Assembly: GCA_964549305.1 (NCBI GenBank)
Contig: CAZJVM010000025.1
Coordinates: 1 to 35,524 of the forward strand
Source of the DNA: an uncultured bacterium
GTDB lineage: Bacteria > Schekmanbacteria > GWA2-38-11 > J061
Direction of reading: 5' to 3'
DNA length: 35,524 bases
Part shown: positions 28,429 through 35,524 of the stretch, piece by piece
Layout: each line of letters opens with the position of its first letter
Numbering within the stretch: position 1 is the first letter of the stretch
Translations under genes and position numbers: made by a program
Notes under the pieces: model-generated
The model's input: the letters and a program-made list of their open reading frames with translations, nothing else
What the model was told of the DNA's origin: nothing
Databases searched by the model: none

Positions 28429-29859
28429 TTAAAACCGGTATTTTCTTTTTACTTCCCTGATGGAAGTGATGACCGGTAAATTGAGATAATTTTCCACATC
28501 TTCAACATTTTTAATCGAGTGGTCGAGATATTCGGAATAGAATGCCAGGGCAATTCCGCCGAATAATCCCATTAACGCGCCTATGATTAATACGAGTTTT
28601 TTCCGGGGTTTTGTGGGTTTATAGGGAGGATATGAATAACTGATAACTCTTACGTTAGCTATCTTTGCCGAGTCCATTACTTTCGATATTCGCGACTCTT
28701 CGAGCTTTTTCAAATAAAGTCTGTAATTGTTTTCAGTGATATTTAAGTTTCTCTTTATCCTTAAAAGCTCAATTTCCTTGTCTCCGATTTTTTTGAATTC
28801 CTCTTCACTCGATTTCAACTCATCCTCAATTGCTCTACCTTTTTCCTTCAATGCGGCAAGACGTACCTGCGCGTCGAGAAGTTTGTCTTCAAGTTTTGGT
28901 ATGATTATGGGAAATGTTGGGTTTAACAGGGAGTTGTTGTCGGTTGCAGTGACGTCATCATTGCCTCTGTTTTCAACCGGCAATGAATCCGAGATTTGGG
29001 ATTTCAATTCCTCGACCTCTTTTTCGGATTTGTAAATATCTCCCATGTTTTCCTGAAGAGAAGTTTTAAGTTTTGAAATTCTTTCCACAATAGTTTTTTT
29101 CTGATTCTCCGTAGAGATGATTCCCCATTCCTTTCTGAATTTCTGCAATTCCCTTTCTCTTATGGAAAGCTGGTCTTTCAGATTTACGGATTCCGATTTG
29201 AAAAGCTCCAAAACTCCCGGAGTTTTGTATAACTCCGTGCGGTAATCCATATAAAAGCGAATCAGGGTATTGACAACTGTCGACGCGATGACGGGATTTC
29301 CCCACATTAATTCTATCTTTATGACATTTGAATATTTTACCGAGCTTACATCGAGACTTTTCTGAATGAGATAAACCGCCGCATCGTGATCGCTTAATTT
29401 TTTTAACAGTCCGATAGCATATAAAGAGTTATAGAAGGTGTCCTTTACTTTGTTGACTGCTTTGACTGCGTAATATTTTACGAGTTTCAGTAATGTTTCC
29501 GGTTTTGGTGAATCGGGAAAGAGGTAATCCAGTCCAAGTTCGTTTACTGTCTTTTCAACAAGAAAATTGTTGTTTATTATTTCGATTTCCGAATTGACCT
29601 GCTCTTTCGTAACTCCGAAGGAGAGTACCTGCTGTGATCCCGTTAATACTGATGGCACTGAAGAGTTTTCTCTGCCGAGTTTCACCAAAAGGGTTGCCTC
29701 TGCTGTATATTTTTGAGGCCAAACATAAAGTCCGAGGGCGACAAAGATTATGGTTAAAACAAAAAAAGTCAGTATCTTCAGCTTTTGTCTGAAAAAACTG
29801 TTCAACAGGTCGCGTGTGGATATCTGTTTTTCCGGGTTTTGATTGTTTGACATTCGCAC
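28429..29859 (-). CDS. Polysaccharide co-polymerase / chain-length determinant (GumC/Wzc periplasmic part)
   Basis: N-terminal TM, KYTAEATLLV, coiled coils, Pro-rich PPYKPTKP before the C-terminal TM, EYLDHSIK...VE..L.LPV. Confidence 0.9.
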   Translation of the reverse strand: MRMSNNQNPEKQISTRDLLNSFFRQKLKILTFFVLTIIFVALGLYVWPQKYTAEATLLVKLGRENSSVPSVLTGSQQVLSFGVTKEQVNSEIEIINNNFLVEKTVNELGLDYLFPDSPKPETLLKLVKYYAVKAVNKVKDTFYNSLYAIGLLKKLSDHDAAVYLIQKSLDVSSVKYSNVIKIELMWGNPVIASTVVNTLIRFYMDYRTELYKTPGVLELFKSESVNLKDQLSIRERELQKFRKEWGIISTENQKKTIVERISKLKTSLQENMGDIYKSEKEVEELKSQISDSLPVENRGNDDVTATDNNSLLNPTFPIIIPKLEDKLLDAQVRLAALKEKGRAIEDELKSSEEEFKKIGDKEIELLRIKRNLNITENNYRLYLKKLEESRISKVMDSAKIANVRVISYSYPPYKPTKPRKKLVLIIGALMGLFGGIALAFYSEYLDHSIKNVEDVENYLNLPVITSIREVKRKYRF

Positions 29860-29886
29860 ATCCGCAAAAATTAAAGATATTTAAAA

Positions 29887-29907
29887 AACGATTAACATTT
29901 AATCGTT
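29887..29907. promoter_or_regulatory. Perfect 9-bp inverted repeat upstream of the polysaccharide operon (putative operator or 5' hairpin)
   Basis: AACGATTAA-CAT-TTAATCGTT, 27 nt upstream of the first start codon (29859). Confidence 0.45.
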
Positions 29908-30214
29908 GTCCGGTCAGAATATCATTAAACATATTAGAGATGTTGCGATTACGCCGCAAAAGAAACGGAAAAGCCCTCTCTAAAATGAATATTATTATAC
30001 TACACTTTAGAATTATTAATTAAAAGACTAAAAGTTAGAAAATGCGGGAGGCATTAATTGACCGTACAGAATATTATAAAAAGTTTAAAAAGGAAATAAT
30101 CTCGGGTTCGGTCCTAATGAGTGCATTATTTGGGAAAGAATGTTATATGAAATGTTATAAATTAAGGTGAATGGAGCGTCTTTTTTTAAAATGTTAAATA
30201 CACAGGAGAGTATA

Positions 30215-30748
30215 ATGACTAATTTTAAGGATCGCATTGTTCGCGCTTCTATGTTGGATGCTAATCTCTATGAAGAGGTTGAGGCTGACAAAGGTGCAAT
30301 GGGTCAGGCCATGGGAATTGTTGTTCTTTCAAGTGTCGCAGCCGGAGTAGGGGTTATTGAGAGAGGTGGTTTAATCGGGATTTTGACAGGATCGATCACA
30401 GCCCTTATCGGGTGGTATATCTGGGCATATCTCACATATTTTATCGGTACAAAATTCCTTCCGGAACCACAGACCAAAGCAGATCTTGGTGAATTACTGC
30501 GTACTATTGGTTTTTCGAGTTCTCCCGGATTGATTAGGATATTAGGTATTATCCCGGGACTGGGAAGTGTTGTTTTTTTTATAGCCTCAATTTGGATGTT
30601 AGTGGCTATGGTGATTGCGGTAAGACAAGCCCTTGATTATAATAGCACACCGCGGGCTGTAGGAGTTTGCGTGATTGGCTGGATTATCCAGATATTAATT
30701 CTCGTTTTACTGTTTACTCTTTTGGGTAGCGGCTCAAAACCAGTCTAA
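30215..30748 (+). CDS. YIP1-family membrane protein
   Basis: SD AGGAG at 30204-30208. YEEVEAD..A..QA, LLRTIGFSSSPG, AVRQALDY, about 5 TMs. Confidence 0.85.
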   Translation: MTNFKDRIVRASMLDANLYEEVEADKGAMGQAMGIVVLSSVAAGVGVIERGGLIGILTGSITALIGWYIWAYLTYFIGTKFLPEPQTKADLGELLRTIGFSSSPGLIRILGIIPGLGSVVFFIASIWMLVAMVIAVRQALDYNSTPRAVGVCVIGWIIQILILVLLFTLLGSGSKPV

Positions 30749-30845
30749 TGTTTTTACATGTATCTGCAAAAATAGAGAGAAAATGGAACGACCCATATTC
30801 TCTCTAATATAATGTGATTTTCCGGAGAATGTTTAATAAGTAATC

Positions 30846-31009
30846 TTACTCATCCAGAATCTTTTCTGCTTCCTTTCTGTATGCATCCATTAAGCAAGAG
30901 ACTGGAGATAAAATGTGGGGATTCCCCATTCATTCATCATAGGCCACGGACTCATCCCTGTGCCGCCGGGTGCACCGTCTATTGTTAACAGATCAATTTT
31001 TGCTTCCGC
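30846..31009 (-). pseudogene. Relic of an FMN-binding glutamate-synthase-family gene
   Basis: Minus strand 31009-30890 = AEAKIDLLTIDGAPGGTGMSPWPMMNEWGIPTFYLQSLA*, with the IDG..GGTG FMN-domain motif. It is joined directly to MDAYRKEAEKILDE* (30890-30846), which resembles the extreme C-terminus of that family. Confidence 0.8.
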
Positions 31010-31158
31010 ATTTTTAATTAAAATGTTGCCGTTTTTATGGCACAAGATTCATTTATGTTTAATACTTTAAAAAGATGTTTTGCAGAAGGGCTTTATATAA
31101 GTTGATTAAAGGATAAATACTCTCATTCATACTCTTACTAAGTTTTAGTAATGTTAAT

Positions 31159-31188
31159 TTGACATCCCACCATACTATTGCTAATTAT
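31159..31188 (+). promoter_or_regulatory. Possible sigma-70 promoter of the HemF-like/AOR operon
   Basis: TTGACA (31159-31164), 17 nt, then TAATTA(T) preceded by TG (extended -10). SD GGGGAGG before ATG 31219. Confidence 0.45.
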
Positions 31189-31218
31189 TTTTCATACTTT
31201 TAAAGGGGAGGGAACCTA

Positions 31219-32004
31219 ATGCTATCCAAGAACGATGTTGTTGATTTTCTGCAGAATATGATTGGCGAATACGAAAAAATCTGCGCAACTTATAATCCGT
31301 CATCGCAAATATCCAAAAAATCCTTTGATACTCCAATGGGACGCCTCGACCTGAATCGCTCCGAAGGTGAAACATTTGACAAGGCGACCTCGATTTACTG
31401 CGACCTTAAAATAGAAACCCCTCCCGTGTTAGCCGAGGAGTTGGGTCAGGAGGGAAGCACTGCAGATGCAATGGTGCTCGAGATTCACTTTTTCCCGGTT
31501 AATCCACATATCCCGAAGGCATACATCGAACTTCGCGCAAACATCACGGACAAGGTTGTCCTTGCCGGAGGCACCGATATAAAACCCTACTTTGATAATG
31601 AAGAGGATATAAAATATTTTGCCGACGCAATGAAAGAGCTTTGCGCACGCCATGGAAAAAAATATGATGAACTTCAGAAGGTGAGAGCTGATTTCTTCAA
31701 ATCAAAATATTCCGGAGAGAAGGTGGGAAGTCACGCGGGTATCTATTCTTTCCATCTTGACGCCGAGGATTTTGGATTCTACAAGGATTTGGGAGAAACG
31801 TACATCACACTTGTCAAAGAGCTCGTTGAAAAGAGGAAAGGGCAGGAATATTCAAAAGAGGATATGGAAGATAAGCTTAAACAGCACGGCGAGTGGGTGC
31901 AATGGACACTTCTCGAGGATGACGGTACCATATTCGGGCTTAAGAAGGGAATTCCCGCAGAAGCATTGCTCGGGGCTATTCTTCCGCCCCATGCAAAATT
32001 TTAA
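31219..32004 (+). CDS. Divergent HemF (oxygen-dependent coproporphyrinogen III oxidase)-fold protein
   Basis: Collinear with HemF motifs: G.TFDKA, P.NPHIP....LR, GG.D..PY...EED, KRK...Y, L..D.GT.FGL..G...E.LL..LPP. Several substrate-binding Arg/His residues are replaced. Confidence 0.8.
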   Translation: MLSKNDVVDFLQNMIGEYEKICATYNPSSQISKKSFDTPMGRLDLNRSEGETFDKATSIYCDLKIETPPVLAEELGQEGSTADAMVLEIHFFPVNPHIPKAYIELRANITDKVVLAGGTDIKPYFDNEEDIKYFADAMKELCARHGKKYDELQKVRADFFKSKYSGEKVGSHAGIYSFHLDAEDFGFYKDLGETYITLVKELVEKRKGQEYSKEDMEDKLKQHGEWVQWTLLEDDGTIFGLKKGIPAEALLGAILPPHAKF

Positions 32005-32025
32005 TTTCTCGTTAGGAGATAAATT

Positions 32026-33141
32026 ATGAGTATAAAAGCAGAATTTGTGAATTATGTTAAAAACGAAGTAGGAATTCCCCTCGTTGGAGTTGTCGCGCCT
32101 GATGACTATCCCGCGGAGGATTATGAAAGAATCGCCCACGTCCAGAAAATATTCGCAAAAGCGACACCTCTTTCAGGCGGTATCGATACGGTATTTCAAC
32201 CCCGTGATTTTCTTCCCGAGGCAAAGTCTGTAATCATTACCGCTTCACCTGCCTATATCAAAAAAGACTTCACATTCGAAGAATGCAAAAAAGACCTGAT
32301 AGGTACGGCAGAGGCAACACACGTCAATACGAGTTATTTACAGACTAACGCTGAACGGGGCGCAAAGGTTTCTGACTTTTTCAAGGACAGGGGATATCAG
32401 TGTTATTCTCTTAATGCCGGTTCATTCCCTATGAAATTAATGGCATCAAAATGCGGAGTCGGTCATTACGGCAAGAATGCAATCATACAGCATCCCGATT
32501 ACGGCGCCTGGATTTCCCTTTCAGGATATGTTACCGACGCGGAGCTTGAACCGGACTCACCCCTTGAAAAAGACTGCGGCGAGTGTGACCTTTGCCAAAA
32601 AGCTTGTCCTACGGATGCCCTTAGAGAAGCTTACAGATGCGATATGACGAAGTGTATTGATTTTCATCTTGGACATAACAAACACTTTGTCCCTCCGGAG
32701 ATTCGCGATAAATGCGGAAATCTGCTCGGTGAGGGATGCACTGCCTGCAGGGATGCCTGCCCTAAAAATAAAAATCTTTCACCTATTGAAGGTTTTACTG
32801 TGCCTGATGAACTGCTTCACCCGAAAATTCTGGAAATTATGAACATAAGCGACGAGGAATGGGACAACGGATTTGCAATGACCCTTATGGGTTTTTTCCT
32901 TATGGATAAAAAATACCTGCTCAGAAATGCCGCAGTAGGACTTGGCAATTTTCAAGATGAGCGCGCAGTGGGAGTCCTTGGTGAAATGCTTCACGCGGGA
33001 CCCGACGAAGTGCGGGGTTATGCGGCGTGGGCACTGGGAAAGATAGGAGGAAAAAAATCCAAAGAACTTTTAAATTCTGCATTGAATAATGAGGAAGATG
33101 AAGATATAACCGGTGAAATAAAATTTGCACTTGATATGTAA
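32026..33141 (+). CDS. QueG/reductive-dehalogenase-superfamily cobalamin, 2x[4Fe-4S] reductase with C-terminal HEAT repeats
   Basis: P..FLPEAKSVI, A..CGVG.YGKN......YGAW, CGECDLCQKACP, KC, GCTACRDACP, RNAAVGLGN...VRGYAAWALGKIG. Confidence 0.85.
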   Translation: MSIKAEFVNYVKNEVGIPLVGVVAPDDYPAEDYERIAHVQKIFAKATPLSGGIDTVFQPRDFLPEAKSVIITASPAYIKKDFTFEECKKDLIGTAEATHVNTSYLQTNAERGAKVSDFFKDRGYQCYSLNAGSFPMKLMASKCGVGHYGKNAIIQHPDYGAWISLSGYVTDAELEPDSPLEKDCGECDLCQKACPTDALREAYRCDMTKCIDFHLGHNKHFVPPEIRDKCGNLLGEGCTACRDACPKNKNLSPIEGFTVPDELLHPKILEIMNISDEEWDNGFAMTLMGFFLMDKKYLLRNAAVGLGNFQDERAVGVLGEMLHAGPDEVRGYAAWALGKIGGKKSKELLNSALNNEEDEDITGEIKFALDM

Positions 33142-33177
33142 TGTGATGGAGAATTTTTAAGCGGAGGGTTTTTTCCT

Positions 33178-33663
33178 ATGCCAAATGTTATTCATTTTAA
33201 ACCCAAGAAGTGTACGCTTTGCAGACGTTGCGAAGCCGCCTGTTCAAACAAACATTTCAATGTTTTTACCAGTTTTTACTCAAAGATTAAGGCAGTGGAG
33301 TTTGAAGATGAGCAGTCATATTTTCCTGTTACCTGTTTTCAGTGCGATGATGCGCCCTGCATTTCCGCCTGCCCCACAAGTGCGATTGTAAAAGATTCCG
33401 AGACGGGAATCGTTACAATCAATGAAGACGAATGTACCGGTTGCGGAAACTGCATAGACGAATGCCCCATAAAACATATTTTTCCCTATGACGATTTTGG
33501 ACACGCCATTAAATGCGATTATTGTGGTGGTGACCCTGAGTGTGTGAAATTCTGCAAGGACAGAGCAATTGAATGGAGAGAGATAACTCCTGAAGAGAAA
33601 GAGGGAAGGGACCAGCTTTTTACAACTCTTGCAGATAAATTGAAGGAGGTTAAGGAATTATGA
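33178..33663 (+). CDS. 4x[4Fe-4S] electron-transfer subunit (AOR small subunit/DmsB-like)
   Basis: 16 Cys in four groups: CTLCRRCEAAC, CFQCDDAPCISAC, CTGCGNCIDEC, CDYCGGDPECVKFC. ATGA overlap with the AOR gene. Confidence 0.92.
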   Translation: MPNVIHFKPKKCTLCRRCEAACSNKHFNVFTSFYSKIKAVEFEDEQSYFPVTCFQCDDAPCISACPTSAIVKDSETGIVTINEDECTGCGNCIDECPIKHIFPYDDFGHAIKCDYCGGDPECVKFCKDRAIEWREITPEEKEGRDQLFTTLADKLKEVKEL

Positions 33664-35447
33664 AAGGGTGGACAGGAAAAATATTAAGAATAAATCTAAC
33701 AGACGGCAGTAATAAAGTTGAAGACCTTGATAAGGGTTTGGCAAAAAAATACATAGGCGGACGTGGTATCGGTTCGAAGATGCTTCTTGATGAAGTTGAC
33801 CCTACGATTGATCCTCTTTCACCTGATAACAAGATGTTCATCTTTACGGGACCACTTACGGGTACAGGCGCGCCTTGTGCAGGGCGTTATATGGTTATTA
33901 CAAAATCACCTCAGACAGGTTCTATCGCCTGTTCAAACTCAGGCGGTTACTGGGGACCTGAACTTAAGGCGGCAGGTTATGACGGAATAATCCTTGAAGG
34001 CAAGGCGGAAAAGCCAACTTATATCTGGATTGAAAACGACAAAGTCGAACTGAGGGATGCAGGCGACATCTGGGGTCAGGATACCCACGAGACAACGAGG
34101 TCGGTTAAAGCAAAAACAGACCACAGGGCAAAGGTTTCCTGCATAGGTCCTGCAGGAGAAAAGCTTGTCCTTATGGCGGCAATCATAAATGACACTAACC
34201 GCTCTGCGGCAAGGTCGGGAGTGGGCGCAGTAATGGGTTCAAAGAACCTCAAGGCGATTGCGGTGCGCGGGACAAAGGGTTTTTCAGTAGCAGACGGTTT
34301 CAGGGATGCAAGCCTTGAAATGACCGGACTCTTCAACACTGATGTTGCTAAGGGATATGGCTATTTTGGCACTTCAATGGCAGTGGACTACTGCAATGCT
34401 GTGGGAATCTTTCCTGCGAATAATTATCGTGAAGGCGTGTTTAAAGCTGCACCCAATATAAACGGACAGGCAATAAGGGATAAAATCCTTGTAAGGAAAA
34501 GAAGTTGCCACGGATGCGTGCTTGGATGCGGCAGAGTAAGCAGGGTGACTGAAGAAGGTTTTGAAGGATACGGTGAAGGCCCCGAATATGAAACAATTTA
34601 TGCATTCGGGTCAACGTGCAACATTGACAACATCAATGCCATTGCAAAAGCAAATTTCATCTGCAACGAACTCGGAATGGACAGCATCTCTGTTGGAGTG
34701 ACAATTGCTACGGCAATGGAACTTTATGAAAAGGGCTTAATTACAAAAGAAGATGTGGGAATGGAGCTTAAATTCGGCGATGCAAAGGCAATGGTTGAAC
34801 TTACGAGGCAAACGGGACTTCGCGAAGGGTTCGGCGACCTGCTTGCATTAGGAAGCTATCGTCTTGCGGAAAAATACGGTGTGCCTGAAATTTCAATGAC
34901 ATCGAAAAAAATGGAAATCTCAGCTTATGACCCTAAAGGTTCAAAGGGAATGGCGCTTACCTATTCCACCAACCCTCGCGGAGGCGACCACACAAGAGGC
35001 GCGACTGTCTTTGCAGAAGTTTTCGGAATACCGAAGAAGGTGAAGTCAAAGATAGAAGACGGTAAAGGCGAGCTTGCAAGAGATTGTCAGAACTTAAATG
35101 CCGCAATTGATGCAACAGGCGCCTGTATGTTCGCTACTGCCGTTGTTCAGCACGAACCTTTTGCTAAAATCTTAAGCGCCGCAACTGGCGAGGATTTTTC
35201 CTATGAAGATTATGTCAAAATAGGCGAGAGGATTTGGAATATAGAACGGATTTTCAACAACAAGGCAGGATTTGGCAGAAAGGATGATTCCCTTCCTCCG
35301 AGAGTAATAAGCGAACCCCATACTGAAGGTCCGTCTGCGGGACTGACTGTCGATTTTGAAAGAATGCTCAATGATTACTATTCGGCACGAGGTTGGGATG
35401 AAAACGGTGTTCCCACGAAGGAGAAGCTTGCTGAGTTAGGTATATAA
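33660..35447 (+). CDS. aor: Aldehyde:ferredoxin oxidoreductase (tungstopterin AOR family)
   Basis: GGRG.G, KSPQTG, AARSGVGAVMGSKNLKA, CHGCVLGC, GPEYET, CNELGMDSIS, DATGACMF, YY..RGWDENGVP. Confidence 0.95.
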   Translation: MKGWTGKILRINLTDGSNKVEDLDKGLAKKYIGGRGIGSKMLLDEVDPTIDPLSPDNKMFIFTGPLTGTGAPCAGRYMVITKSPQTGSIACSNSGGYWGPELKAAGYDGIILEGKAEKPTYIWIENDKVELRDAGDIWGQDTHETTRSVKAKTDHRAKVSCIGPAGEKLVLMAAIINDTNRSAARSGVGAVMGSKNLKAIAVRGTKGFSVADGFRDASLEMTGLFNTDVAKGYGYFGTSMAVDYCNAVGIFPANNYREGVFKAAPNINGQAIRDKILVRKRSCHGCVLGCGRVSRVTEEGFEGYGEGPEYETIYAFGSTCNIDNINAIAKANFICNELGMDSISVGVTIATAMELYEKGLITKEDVGMELKFGDAKAMVELTRQTGLREGFGDLLALGSYRLAEKYGVPEISMTSKKMEISAYDPKGSKGMALTYSTNPRGGDHTRGATVFAEVFGIPKKVKSKIEDGKGELARDCQNLNAAIDATGACMFATAVVQHEPFAKILSAATGEDFSYEDYVKIGERIWNIERIFNNKAGFGRKDDSLPPRVISEPHTEGPSAGLTVDFERMLNDYYSARGWDENGVPTKEKLAELGI

Positions 35448-35481
35448 AAATAATAAAACAATGTTTTTTTGGTGATTCTAT

Positions 35482-35520
35482 AAATTCCTTCTCTCATTAA
35501 TCGGGAGAAGGAATTTTTTT
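35482..35520 (+). terminator. Intrinsic terminator closing the AOR operon
   Basis: AAATTCCTTCTCTC (35482-35495) pairs with GGGAGAAGGAATTT (35503-35516) with one G-U pair, followed by a T run. Confidence 0.85.
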
Positions 35521-35524
35521 ATAC

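Noticed and set aside
31038-31052. TGGCAC that looks like a sigma-54 -24 box upstream of the HemF-like operon
   Set aside because: The -12 position reads AT rather than GC (TGGCACAAGATTCAT).
31219-33141. Assigning gene symbols hemF and queG
   Set aside because: Signature catalytic and substrate-binding residues are missing in both proteins.
2674-34339. Numerous 60-175 aa ORFs antisense or out of frame within called genes (e.g. 3804-4166, 6246-6770, 17657-18064, 19434-19853, 27277-27708)
   Set aside because: Shadow ORFs overlapping well-supported genes, with no family motifs.
1-35524. CRISPR arrays, tRNA/rRNA genes, riboswitches (including a cobalamin riboswitch before the B12 enzymes)
   Set aside because: No spaced repeats or recognisable RNA consensus seen by eye. 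A covariance-model scan would be needed to exclude them fully.

Overview
AT-rich bacterial chromosomal window, probably from a diderm anaerobe (lipoproteins, Wza, a tungsten-type AOR and a sigma-54 promoter; the taxon cannot be fixed from sequence alone). Left to right: (1) a higBA toxin-antitoxin pair, a frameshifted DUF3795-type gene, a flavodoxin/Isf-type protein, and a decayed ferredoxin-dependent bilin reductase (FDBR)-like remnant that the ORF track only partly captures. (2) A cell-surface block: an S8 protease divergent from a 1276-aa S-layer-like protein, a PQQ-repeat lipoprotein and a Lys-rich secreted protein. (3) A Wzx/Wzy-type polysaccharide locus split into two converging arms, with two secreted proteins behind a complete sigma-54 promoter and enhancer inserted between them. 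The locus includes a B12 radical SAM enzyme and a Walker-A-degenerate BY-kinase. (4) A Yip1 gene, a glutamate-synthase-family relic, and a tight four-gene operon: a HemF-fold protein with a remodelled active site, a QueG-like B12/Fe-S reductase lacking QueG motifs, a 4x[4Fe-4S] protein and an aldehyde:ferredoxin oxidoreductase. This last operon is the best candidate for an undescribed system. All family calls come from motif recognition by eye, not from database searches.
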